Shown: piece by piece, positions 9,044 to 18,140 of the stretch
Layout: each line of letters begins with the position of its first letter
Numbering within the stretch: the first letter of the stretch is position 1
Source of the DNA: an uncultured Lentisphaerales bacterium
GTDB lineage: Bacteria; Verrucomicrobiota; Lentisphaeria; JABSQK01; UBA12247
Assembly (NCBI GenBank): GCA_943788985.1
Contig: CALSSJ010000012.1
Span: 128,001 to 192,000, forward strand
Length of the DNA stretch: 64,000 bases
Direction of reading: 5' to 3'
Position numbers and translations under genes: made by a program
The notes under the pieces: model-generated
Told to the model about the DNA's origin: nothing
The model's input: only the letters and a program-made list of their open reading frames with translations
Databases searched by the model: none

Positions 9044-11446
9044 TCAGAAACGCGTGATTTTGCGCCAGAACGCGGGGGCTCGGGTCGAGCCATCCTTGGT
9101 GTCGACATGCGTGAGCCGCTTTAGAGAGCGGAGCCGGATGACGCTCTTGGTGAGCTTTGGGGGCAACGCCAAGCGTCTGAGTGTGGTGACCGCGACTAGC
9201 GAGCCGACGTCCTGAATGCCGGTGCAGTCCGAGATGAATAGCTCGGATAGCGGCAACTTCAGCAGCGGCTCCAGGGAGATAATGGCGGTGCCTCTGAGGC
9301 TCAGGCGAGTGAGCGGCAGGGCTACGAGTGGTTGAAGATCTACTACTGGGGTCTTATCAAGGGACAGCACTTCGAGCGGCATGCCAACGAGGGGCGTAAG
9401 ATCTGCGATAAGAGTTTCGGAGGCGGCGAGCTGGGTAAGCTGCATGCCGTTAAGCGGGCCAAGGTCGCTGACTAGTGAGCGTGAAATACTAAGGGCGGAC
9501 AGTTGCAGCTTTCTCAGTGGCGTGAGATCAGTGATCGGACAATCGTCGGCATACAGCTCGGTTAGCGCAGTGGCTTCAGCCAACGGTGCAAGGCTCCTGA
9601 TACCACAGTTCTGAATGATAAGCCGCTGGAGCTTCGGGCCTGGAAGCTGGGCAAGATCTGTGAGCTTGGTGCAGCCTGTGAGGTTGGCTTCTTCGAGGTC
9701 AGCTCCGGATAGTCCGCTGAGATCGCTCACGCCAGCGTTTGTCATCACGAGCTTGGCGATTCGGAGCTGCTTGAGCGGTGTAATGTCTATCAGCTCTTTC
9801 AGGTCGATGAGCTCGATGTGGACGACATTCATGCCAATCTTGAAGAACTGAACCGGCATTTTTAGTCCGGGATTCAGGGTTTCGAGGTCTGCGGAGATCT
9901 TGCGCATCTTTTGGACCATCGGATCACTGTTCAGGGTTTCTGCGATCTCGCGATCGACTTTTACCCGGTCAATTTTATTGCGGTCGGCTTCTTTGAGGAG
10001 GTGGGCCTCGAGTGCGTTCGCTGCGCGAATCTGGCGTTGGAGCTCAGCGCGGTACTCGTACTCATCCGCACCGGAGTAGTTGAAGGCTGCGTTGAAATAC
10101 TGCTTGGCTGCATCGGGTTGGAGGTGCAGCATGCTCAGTCTGCCGAGCTCGAAGAAGGCGAGGCTGGGGTTGTCATCGTGCTCCAAGGCGTAGTCCATGA
10201 CATTCTCGAGAATGCGGAGTGCATCGCCCCAGATCTTGGCGCGATCTGCGGCGCGGTCCCAGAGCATATGCTCGACTCTTGGCTTGGGAGCATTTCGTAA
10301 GCGCTCGATTTCTTCCTGGGACTGCTCCAGCTGCGCGGCCTGCATCTCTCGCTCGTCATTGGCAGCTTCTCGCTCGTCGCCGAAGGTGATGGCATCACGC
10401 ACGTTCATCGACACAGCACCGATGGTGACAATGACGGTGATCCCTAGCAGGATGAGCAGCACGCGCTGACGCATCTGATAGCGAAACAACTCGCTCATCG
10501 ATGGCGGCAGAATGGGGTCGGCGTCGCCACGAGTGAAGAGGTAGCCTTCGACTTGGCGCCGTAGTTCGGCGATACTTTGGCGGCCATCAATCGGTTGCGC
10601 GAGGGCCTGAAGTGCAGCCTGGACGAGACGACCGGGGATCTGCTTGTCAGCGGAAAAGTGGCGGTTCATCTCGACGGATTGCCGCGCCGACTGGGTGGCT
10701 TCCATCGCCAACGCGCGGTCGGCTGCGAAAAGATTGGGATCCGCGATCTGGCCATGGGCGGTGGCTTCGGTGATTTCGGCGATGGTTTCGCCAGGAATAG
10801 CCGGCCGGAGCGCGAGAATATGGTAGAGGATAGCGCCGAGGCTGTAGATGTCTGAGCTCGGGGCGGCAGGGCAGGGGGCGAGGCGTTCCGGAGCCAGGCA
10901 GCGAGCCATCTGCGGAGTTTTTGCGGAGTCCGCAACGACAGGGAGTTGGGCTTCGGCCGCGGTCGCGCCCCAATACTCAGTGACCATCATTTCACCGCTT
11001 GGGCGGACGAAGATGCAGCCGGGGTGGAGGCGACCGTGAAGGACACCAGCTTCATGCGTGGCAGCGATGGCGTCACAGACTTGGAGAAAACCATGCAAAA
11101 GCTGGCGGGACGAGGGGGCCTTTTCGGCATCGGCCTGGCCGTTAGCGACATCGTCGAGAACCTGACTGAGCGGGATGCCAACTGGCGGCTGGAACACGAG
11201 AAACGGTCGATCAGCGTTGGTCGATCTGGTGAGGACGGTCTGGATGGCGCAGTGAGCGATGGGCTCGATCCTAGTGGAAGCGGCAAAGAAGTTTTCCGCG
11301 AACTCGGCGGAGGGGACAAGGACTTGGACGTCGCGCTGTGTTCGGGTATCTTTTGCGGCAAAGATTTGGGTGGGCCCGCACTGGCATGCTTCGCCATTCG
11401 TCTCGAAATGCTCGCCGTAGCGTGGTTCTTGTGCCGTGTCTGCCAT
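9044..11446 (-). CDS. Membrane pseudokinase with C-terminal internalin-like LRRs
   Basis: Kinase fold motifs (QVCDAIA, LAPE, SDIYSLGAILY) but catalytic loop is HGRLHPGCI; TM VLLILLGITVIVTIGAV; repeats DLTPL/DLGPL/DLQPL; AAGGAG RBS before ATG 11446. Confidence 0.85.
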   Translation of the reverse strand: MADTAQEPRYGEHFETNGEACQCGPTQIFAAKDTRTQRDVQVLVPSAEFAENFFAASTRIEPIAHCAIQTVLTRSTNADRPFLVFQPPVGIPLSQVLDDVANGQADAEKAPSSRQLLHGFLQVCDAIAATHEAGVLHGRLHPGCIFVRPSGEMMVTEYWGATAAEAQLPVVADSAKTPQMARCLAPERLAPCPAAPSSDIYSLGAILYHILALRPAIPGETIAEITEATAHGQIADPNLFAADRALAMEATQSARQSVEMNRHFSADKQIPGRLVQAALQALAQPIDGRQSIAELRRQVEGYLFTRGDADPILPPSMSELFRYQMRQRVLLILLGITVIVTIGAVSMNVRDAITFGDEREAANDEREMQAAQLEQSQEEIERLRNAPKPRVEHMLWDRAADRAKIWGDALRILENVMDYALEHDDNPSLAFFELGRLSMLHLQPDAAKQYFNAAFNYSGADEYEYRAELQRQIRAANALEAHLLKEADRNKIDRVKVDREIAETLNSDPMVQKMRKISADLETLNPGLKMPVQFFKIGMNVVHIELIDLKELIDITPLKQLRIAKLVMTNAGVSDLSGLSGADLEEANLTGCTKLTDLAQLPGPKLQRLIIQNCGIRSLAPLAEATALTELYADDCPITDLTPLRKLQLSALSISRSLVSDLGPLNGMQLTQLAASETLIADLTPLVGMPLEVLSLDKTPVVDLQPLVALPLTRLSLRGTAIISLEPLLKLPLSELFISDCTGIQDVGSLVAVTTLRRLALPPKLTKSVIRLRSLKRLTHVDTKDGSTRAPAFWRKITRF

Positions 11447-11545
11447 ACGTCTCTCCTTGATCATAGGGACCGTAGCACAGTACGCGCCGTGGTGCCCGGT
11501 GGCAAGCGGAATGAAGAAGGAGCGCTGCCGGTCCTGCTCAGAAGA

Positions 11546-12661
11546 TCAGGAGGTCTGGAGCAAGAGCAACATGATGATGACCAGAAGGACCAGCAGGATC
11601 GCGCCGCCGACAAGCATCAGCGACATATTCAACTGGCTGTTGGCACCCTTTTGGGCAGTGTTTACTGTGCGCTTGGTCTGCGGTTTCGGGGTCTTGGTCT
11701 GCCTGGTTCTGCCACTTGCGGCTACTTGCAGGGCGGAGATGAGTGCGCCCCAGCTTTCATAGCGGTCGTCGCGATCCTTGGCAAGCATGCGATCTACAAG
11801 GGCGGAAACTTGGGGCGAAACGCGGCTGGTTCTTTCAATGAGCGGCTGTGGCTCTTCGTCCATGTGCTTCTGCATGAGCAGAAGGGGAGCTTGCTCGACG
11901 AAGGGCAGTTCGCCAACGAGGCATTCGTATAGAACGACGCCGAGCGAGTAGAGGTCACTGCGGAAGTCCAGATCATCCGGGGTCCGAATTTGCTCTGGGC
12001 TCATATACTCGGGAGTGCCGATAGTGAAGCCCACTCCGGTTAGGCCCATGGACTGGCTCTCCGAGGACTTGGCGATGGCAAATCCGCCAAGCCTAGCCTG
12101 CCCGTCTGCGGTGATGTAGATATTCTGAGGCTTGATGTCCCGGTGAAGAATTTTTCCCTCCGACCAGGTGTATTCGAGAGCGCCCGCGATGCTCTCCATG
12201 AAACCGAGCGCTTGCGCAGGCTCGAGTGCCTTGTGCTGGGCGAGGTACTCATTCAAGCTCACCATGCCATGTTCATAGGCGGTGACGAGGAAATAGGTGT
12301 CTGTGTCTTGGCCGGCTTCAATGGCCGCAAGCAGGCTGGGGTGACGTAGGGAGCTGAGGATCTCAACTTCCTGTAGAAAACGCGTCACGGTTTCTTCGTC
12401 GCTGGTCATGCTGCCAGCGAGAATCTCGACCGTAACTGGCTCGCCACCGTCTCGAGTGCCAAGATAGATCTCCCCGAGGTGAGAATTCCCGATCTTTTCC
12501 TCGAGACGATAAGTGCCTTTTATCATGACTCCTGGGCCGATATTTTCAGGCATCTGTATGGTTTTCCCACAGCTTTTGCATGTTAGCAGTCTCCCGCGGA
12601 GCCCCGTAATTGTCGCATCGACTACAGCACCGCAAGTGGGGCAATTCAGAGGTATCTTCAT
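11546..12661 (-). CDS. Zinc-ribbon Ser/Thr kinase-like protein with C-terminal membrane anchor
   Basis: CPTC..CKSC; HRDIKPQNI; GTPEYMSPEQ; SDLYSLG; beta3 VTVEIL and GFA in place of DFG; hydrophobic C-terminus. Confidence 0.85.
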   Translation of the reverse strand: MKIPLNCPTCGAVVDATITGLRGRLLTCKSCGKTIQMPENIGPGVMIKGTYRLEEKIGNSHLGEIYLGTRDGGEPVTVEILAGSMTSDEETVTRFLQEVEILSSLRHPSLLAAIEAGQDTDTYFLVTAYEHGMVSLNEYLAQHKALEPAQALGFMESIAGALEYTWSEGKILHRDIKPQNIYITADGQARLGGFAIAKSSESQSMGLTGVGFTIGTPEYMSPEQIRTPDDLDFRSDLYSLGVVLYECLVGELPFVEQAPLLLMQKHMDEEPQPLIERTSRVSPQVSALVDRMLAKDRDDRYESWGALISALQVAASGRTRQTKTPKPQTKRTVNTAQKGANSQLNMSLMLVGGAILLVLLVIIMLLLLQTS

Positions 12662-12755
12662 AGAAGCGTCCTGACGTCCTGTTGTTACTCCCTTGGATGC
12701 CGCGAATTTCAACTATAACCGGGACACGCTGGCGGGCAACCGGCGACGCCGATTT

Positions 12756-14117
12756 TCAACCGCCGCCTTCTGCCCAATTAGTGGAGCCATCGCGATGGAG
12801 CACGGTTACGAGGCGGGATCGGATGCTCTTGCCCTTGGCATAGAGGTCTAGGTCGCGGAGGAGTTCGCTAGCTGTGGCATAGCGCTCGTCCGCTCGCTTC
12901 TTAAGCAATCTTGCTAGCGCGTACTCCAGGATGTCCGGTAGATCGGGGACAAATTCGCGAGGAGACTTGGGGAGTTCATGGAGAATGGCGGTGCTGTAAT
13001 CGATAAGCCCGTCGCATTGAAACGGGCGTTCCCCACAGATCATCTCATAGGCCATGACGCCCAACGAAAACAAGTCTGCCTGTGCCCCAATATTTGCGGA
13101 GGCGAACTGTTCCGGCGCCATGTAGGGCAGGGTACCCATGAGATGGGAGGTCTGCGTCAGTTCCGATTCGGGCAGTTTGGCGATCCCAAAGTCTGTGACC
13201 TTGGCGTTGTTCTCATTTTCGATCATGATGTTTTCGGGTTTTATATCACGGTGGAAGATGCCGGCCTCATGAATGGCTTTGAGCGCACTTGCGAGCTGGC
13301 GGAGCAGGCACACAGATTCTTCCAGGCGTATTTTTCGCTTGGCCAACAGTTGCTTTAAGGATTGGCCATTGATGCGCTCCATGACGATGTACGGGACACG
13401 TTCGTCTTCGGCGATTCCGTAGTCCACGATACTCACGACGTGTGAGCTCTTGACGCGGCTCGCCGCTTCTGCCTCGCGCATGAATCTTTGGGTGAGTTGA
13501 TCGGTCAGGCTGTCGGGGAGCCTATTGCGTAGGACTTTGAGGGCAAATTTGCGTTTGACGCCTTTGCAGTCGCGTTCGGCGAGGTAGACGGTGCCAATGC
13601 TCCCGCGACCAAGCGTGCGGAGGAGGCTGTAGCCAGCCAGGACTTTAGTGGGCCTGTCGACGATGATCGTGGCAGTGTTGGTGAGTTTGCGCTCGAGGGA
13701 CTCATTCTCTCGCTTGAGCATCTGGTGTCCGCGGTAGAGGTCTAGAAAAATGCGAACTTTTGAGAGAAGGGCGGCTTCGTTGATCGGCTTGAGGATGTAA
13801 TCGACCGCGCCGCTCGCGTAGCCCCGGCACTCATCTTCCGTGGTCTGCGAGTTTGCCGTCAGGAAAATAATCGGCGTCACTGAGGTCGATTCAGCCATCC
13901 GCAGGTATTGGGCTACTTCGAAGCCGTCCATTTCGGGCATTTGCACATCCATGAGGATCAGCGCGAACTCGTGATTCAGCGTTGCGGTCAGCGCTTCGTT
14001 GCCTGAATTAGCCTGCACCACTTCAGCCTCCAGGGATGCAAGCAGGTGCTCGAGAGCAAACAGATTCTCTGGGCGATCGTCAACGAGAAGTATCTTCGGA
14101 GGCTGTGAGAAGGGCAT
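12756..14117 (-). CDS. Response regulator receiver fused to Ser/Thr kinase
   Basis: REC: LLVDD, LMDVQMP, FLTA, YILKP; kinase: LGRGSIGTVY, ALKVL, HRDIKPENI, DFG, YMAPE. Confidence 0.92.
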   Translation of the reverse strand: MPFSQPPKILLVDDRPENLFALEHLLASLEAEVVQANSGNEALTATLNHEFALILMDVQMPEMDGFEVAQYLRMAESTSVTPIIFLTANSQTTEDECRGYASGAVDYILKPINEAALLSKVRIFLDLYRGHQMLKRENESLERKLTNTATIIVDRPTKVLAGYSLLRTLGRGSIGTVYLAERDCKGVKRKFALKVLRNRLPDSLTDQLTQRFMREAEAASRVKSSHVVSIVDYGIAEDERVPYIVMERINGQSLKQLLAKRKIRLEESVCLLRQLASALKAIHEAGIFHRDIKPENIMIENENNAKVTDFGIAKLPESELTQTSHLMGTLPYMAPEQFASANIGAQADLFSLGVMAYEMICGERPFQCDGLIDYSTAILHELPKSPREFVPDLPDILEYALARLLKKRADERYATASELLRDLDLYAKGKSIRSRLVTVLHRDGSTNWAEGGG

Positions 14118-14282
14118 AATTCTACGTAATGGGGCCTACTTTCAGTACTCGGGTGAATATATCAGCGAATGTTGGAAACTTGCAACTGGTTACGTTGAAT
14201 CGTCGAGATGGCTGTACACCTTGGCGAATTGCGCTACTGATTCGCGAGTTGGACAAAATTCCGCAAAGCCTATGATAGGTAC

Positions 14283-15095
14283 ATGATAAAACGAACTGCA
14301 GTCTTACACGAGAAGTATATGCTTTCCGGCGGCCTGGCTGATATCAGCTCAGGGCGTTTGGTCGATGGCACGCCCGTGGTTGTCCGAAGCCTGCAAAGGC
14401 AGCACCGTTGGAAATCGCGTGTTCGCAAGCGGTTCGTGAGCGGGATCAAGGCCCGCGCTTCGTTGCCATCTCATCCGAATGTGATCCCGTCGCTATCGTA
14501 CGCAGTGGGGCTGAATCCGTATGAGATTCTCCCCGAGATTGAGGGCTGCACGCTGTTGGATTGGCGCAATAGAAACGGTGACTTGCTGTCAAAATATGCG
14601 CCTACGATGTTGATTCAGATCGCGGAAGCGCTCGACCATGTACACCGCAACGGCTACCTGCATCTGGACATGAAGCCAGAGAACATTCTCGTGAGTTCGG
14701 TAGGGGATCATCTCCGCTGCCACCTGACCGACTTCGACCTGGTCCTAGACTCCAGCAAGATCTGGCATGACAAAAAACTGCGCTTTGGCACATTTTCTTA
14801 CATGGCTCCAGAGCATTTGCAGGACGGTACGATTTCCTTGCGCAGCGACGTTTTTAGCTACGGGGTTGTCGCGTACTTGCTGTGCTGTGGCCACTTGCCC
14901 TTTCCGGGGAACACGCCCTCGGCGTCTCGAGAGAGCAAGCTCAGCGGCAACTTCAAGCCCGAGCCGATTGGCGCGCTGTGTAAATGGCTGCCGCCGGCAG
15001 TGGCCGAGTTTATCATGCGCTGTCTCTCTTGTGATCCCGAGTTGCGCCCGGGATTTATCGGCATCGCGATCCGGGATCTCAAGAAAGTCTACTAG
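14283..15095 (+). CDS. Stand-alone Ser/Thr kinase-like protein (variant motifs)
   Basis: HLDMKPENI, DFD instead of DFG, GTFSYMAPE, SDVFSYG; beta3 reads VVVRSL. Confidence 0.85.
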   Translation: MIKRTAVLHEKYMLSGGLADISSGRLVDGTPVVVRSLQRQHRWKSRVRKRFVSGIKARASLPSHPNVIPSLSYAVGLNPYEILPEIEGCTLLDWRNRNGDLLSKYAPTMLIQIAEALDHVHRNGYLHLDMKPENILVSSVGDHLRCHLTDFDLVLDSSKIWHDKKLRFGTFSYMAPEHLQDGTISLRSDVFSYGVVAYLLCCGHLPFPGNTPSASRESKLSGNFKPEPIGALCKWLPPAVAEFIMRCLSCDPELRPGFIGIAIRDLKKVY

Positions 15096-15267
15096 ACTTT
15101 CGTGTGTCTGCAGGCTGAAATCCCTGCGTAAATCGCACACAGCGCTCGTTTAGGATAGAGTCTCGTGATACGGTGCGATTGCCAGGTGCCGGTATTTGTG
15201 ATAGATTACACGTTCCTGTCGCGCTGCGCAATGCGGGGGTGGCAGGCTGAATCATGGCAAGTGGGCA

Positions 15268-15996
15268 ATGGAAGGTTTCTGGAAATTATACGCCATCGTA
15301 GGGCTGCTGGGCGGTGTACCTCTTTCTCTCTGGGGGTACCGTTTCTTTCGCGTGATCTTGGGACCGGTGGGGTTTTTTGCTGGTTTTTTGCTCGGAAGTT
15401 GGGGCGGTACGTTGCTGAATCTGAGTGGCTGGGCAGCACTCCTGATGGGGCTGGTCTTGGGGACCGCTGGCGGGCTAATGTCTGTCGCCACAGCAGCAAT
15501 GGTGATCTATCTATTTGGCGCCCAGGTGGGAGGCATGATCGTGGGACTCCCAGCCTTGGTGGCGATTAAGCTGTTCGATTTGTCCCTTCCGTTTCAAGTG
15601 ATGGCCGGGTTGGCCACGTTCGCTGCGGCACTGGCAGGCGGGATGTACGCGTGGCATTTTAAGCGTATGGTCGTGATTCTTTGGTCTAGTGTGGTTGGGG
15701 CGCTGTGTGTATGGTTTGGGCTTTTCGCTGCTGCCGCAAACGGGGCCGGTGGCGTAGGGAGTTTCGGTCACATTTTCAACCTTTCGATCACGTTGGGCAC
15801 GACCTCTGTGTTGATCAACTTGGTTTGCGTGGTGTTGCTGATTGATTCTATTCTGTACCAGCGCAAGGACTCCAGCGGATTGCCCGACCTGATGCTAAGG
15901 AACCCATTGGAGCGGCGTGGGAAGCGCTCTGTGGGCACCGGGACTGCCCACTCTGGGCACTCCGCTTCCCGTCGTCGCAGCGGCCGCCGTCGCTGA
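15268..15996 (+). CDS. Gly-rich multi-pass membrane protein (DUF4203/TMEM198-like)
   Basis: About 7 hydrophobic helices; LWGYRFFR..GF..GF N-terminal motif. Confidence 0.65.
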   Translation: MEGFWKLYAIVGLLGGVPLSLWGYRFFRVILGPVGFFAGFLLGSWGGTLLNLSGWAALLMGLVLGTAGGLMSVATAAMVIYLFGAQVGGMIVGLPALVAIKLFDLSLPFQVMAGLATFAAALAGGMYAWHFKRMVVILWSSVVGALCVWFGLFAAAANGAGGVGSFGHIFNLSITLGTTSVLINLVCVVLLIDSILYQRKDSSGLPDLMLRNPLERRGKRSVGTGTAHSGHSASRRRSGRRR

Positions 15997-15999
15997 TCA

Positions 16000-16467
16000 A
16001 TGCAGCTCGAGCACGAGCTACCCTACACAGGACTTCTCGCGGTGGATCTTGGCATGCGAACCGGTGTCGCCTGTTTTGATGGGCATGGGGAGTTATGCTG
16101 GTATCAATCTCGCTCGCTGCACAAGCGTTCCGTGCTGAAGACCATGGTTCACCGTTGGCTGGCGACTCCCGGTCTTTCGCACGTGGCCGTCGAAGGGGGT
16201 GGCGACCTAGCCACAGTTTGGGAACGCGAAGCACGCCGGCGTCAGCAGGCTTACTTGCAGTTTTCAGCTGAGGATTGGCGCGCGGACCTGATTCTGCCTC
16301 GTGATCGGAGAAGCGGAACCGATGCCAAGCATCAGGCTGAGCGGCTGGCGCTGCGTGTGATCGGTGAATCAAAGGCTCCGGCGCCAACGGGAAAAATTGG
16401 CGATGATGTGGCTGAAGCAATTCTGGCTGGCATCTGGTGGCTGCGCCACCGTAACAAGTCGCTATGA
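16000..16467 (+). CDS. RNase H/RuvC-like fold hypothetical protein
   Basis: LLAVDLGMRTG, VAVEG, AEDWR, DAK, DDVAEAILAG echo the RuvC motif order. Confidence 0.6.
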   Translation: MQLEHELPYTGLLAVDLGMRTGVACFDGHGELCWYQSRSLHKRSVLKTMVHRWLATPGLSHVAVEGGGDLATVWEREARRRQQAYLQFSAEDWRADLILPRDRRSGTDAKHQAERLALRVIGESKAPAPTGKIGDDVAEAILAGIWWLRHRNKSL

Positions 16468-17624
16468 GCGGGGATAATCTACCGTACCTCCTGCGGCTTT
16501 TGGACGATGATTCTCCCGAAATTCGATCTCAGATCGTCCAGCGGTTGCTGGCTCGCGAGGAGGAGGTGGAGGCCCATCTGGCGGATCCGAAAGCGGATTG
16601 CACGGCCAGTCCGGAGGTGCTTCGCGAGTTGCTGCACGCTCTCCGGAGTCGGCAGATTCGGGATCGTTGGCCCGAGTGGTTTATCATGCCCGAGGGGCCG
16701 AAGAAGCTTGAGCGGGCTTATGGGGTCCTATCTGAGTTTGTCACGCCTCGGTGGGCGGGAAAAAGCGTCGAGGCCCTGCTTGATCACTGGGCAGCAGAGT
16801 ATATTCGGAGGTATTCCTATCCGTCTGTGTTTCAGCTCGCGCGGTTCCTGTTTGAAGAGCACGAGCTAGCCGTTTCCGAGGAGAACTTCTATCAGCCTCG
16901 GAACAGCGACCTGCGTTTTTTGCTCGAAGGAGGCGCGGGAATTCCGATTACGCTCGTCGCGGCGTTTGAACTGGTGGGCAGGCGTCTGGGGCTGAACATT
17001 CAAGGATGTGCGTTTCCTGGCCGGTTCCTCGCCTCTACGCAGGTGGATCAAGTCACCTATGTCGTGGATTGTTTTGGCGAGGGGCGCTTTGTCCCGTTAG
17101 ACGGTTTCATCAAGGCTCAGGATCCGGCGCTTGGCGATGCCGCTGCGATGATCGCAAAAACGCCAGATAGCGAAGCGCACATGACGCGCGTGCTCAATAA
17201 CCTGCTACGTGCGTACCACGAACTGGATGATGGCGTATCGTGCGGCTTGATCGGAATTCTGGCTTGGGAGTTGGAACTGCACATGAAGCGCCGACTGGAG
17301 CCGGATGCCGCGCCGCCGGTCTTTCGGACGGGGCAGCTGGTGTCGCACCGCAAGTACGGGTACCGCGGGGTCATCGTGGATTATGATCTCGCCTGTGTTG
17401 CGGGCGAGGACTGGTATCAATCAAACAGGACGCGGCCAGATCGGGACCAGTCTTGGTATCATGTACTCGTGGATGGTGGTAGTCACACGACATACGCGGC
17501 GCAATCCAGCCTAAAGCTTGATTCTGGAGGGAGCGTGGTACGTCATCCCTTGCTACAGCACTTTTTTCTTCGGTTTCATGACCGTGTTTATTTACGGAAC
17601 GGTCGTTGCTGGCCCGGCAACTGA
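16464..17624 (+). CDS. SirB1-like transglutaminase-core domain fused to HspQ/YccV domain
   Basis: FYQPRNS..GIPITL..FPGRFL..VDCF; C-terminal FRTGQLVSHRKYGYRGVI..WYHVLVD..TTYAAQ..HPLL; ATGA overlap with upstream gene. Confidence 0.85.
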   Translation: MSGDNLPYLLRLLDDDSPEIRSQIVQRLLAREEEVEAHLADPKADCTASPEVLRELLHALRSRQIRDRWPEWFIMPEGPKKLERAYGVLSEFVTPRWAGKSVEALLDHWAAEYIRRYSYPSVFQLARFLFEEHELAVSEENFYQPRNSDLRFLLEGGAGIPITLVAAFELVGRRLGLNIQGCAFPGRFLASTQVDQVTYVVDCFGEGRFVPLDGFIKAQDPALGDAAAMIAKTPDSEAHMTRVLNNLLRAYHELDDGVSCGLIGILAWELELHMKRRLEPDAAPPVFRTGQLVSHRKYGYRGVIVDYDLACVAGEDWYQSNRTRPDRDQSWYHVLVDGGSHTTYAAQSSLKLDSGGSVVRHPLLQHFFLRFHDRVYLRNGRCWPGN

Positions 17625-17788
17625 GAGCTGTCACTCTGGTGCGGAATCCGCAGTGGGTGGTGGGCGTCCTTTGTGGGCATAGACGCTAAATTCATGCTTG
17701 AGTAGTTTCAGGTTGCGCTGGAGTTGTAGATTGCCGACCAATTTTGGGATGTTCGCTGGGGCCGTGTTCCAATCAGGTGCGGGCTAGT

Positions 17789-17812
17789 CCCAGCCAAGAT
17801 TGGCTGGGTTTT
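17789..17812 (+). terminator. Possible intrinsic terminator
   Basis: CCCAGCCAA-GA-TTGGCTGGG followed by TTTT, downstream of the 15268-17624 operon. Confidence 0.4.
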
Positions 17813-18140
17813 ACCCACTACCAAAGCAGCAGGTGGCCGAAAAGCTTGGCGCTCAGCGAGATGATGCTCTGCTGAAAGCCAAAGGCCTCGTAGTTCAGCA
17901 CGTCGTACATGTGGAGGCGGTGATACAGGCTAGCCGCGATCAGGTCAAAAACTGCACCCGTCAAGGTAAAGATTGTGCCCATTGCGTGGTTGTCGGCGGT
18001 CCGTGTACTGTGGAGCAAATCAGCAAAAGAGGAATCTACAGCGCAGTTGCGGATAGTCGAGGCTGGTGTGGCGGCTTGCGTCCAGCGAATGCTGGGGCAT
18101 TATGCCTCTGTCGTGAAACGCACCTGTATCATGGAACGCT

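Noticed and set aside
17630..18130. Possible gene(s) between the SirB1-HspQ and aminotransferase genes
   Set aside because: Short ORFs on both strands without convincing motifs; may be a membrane-protein remnant but I cannot support it
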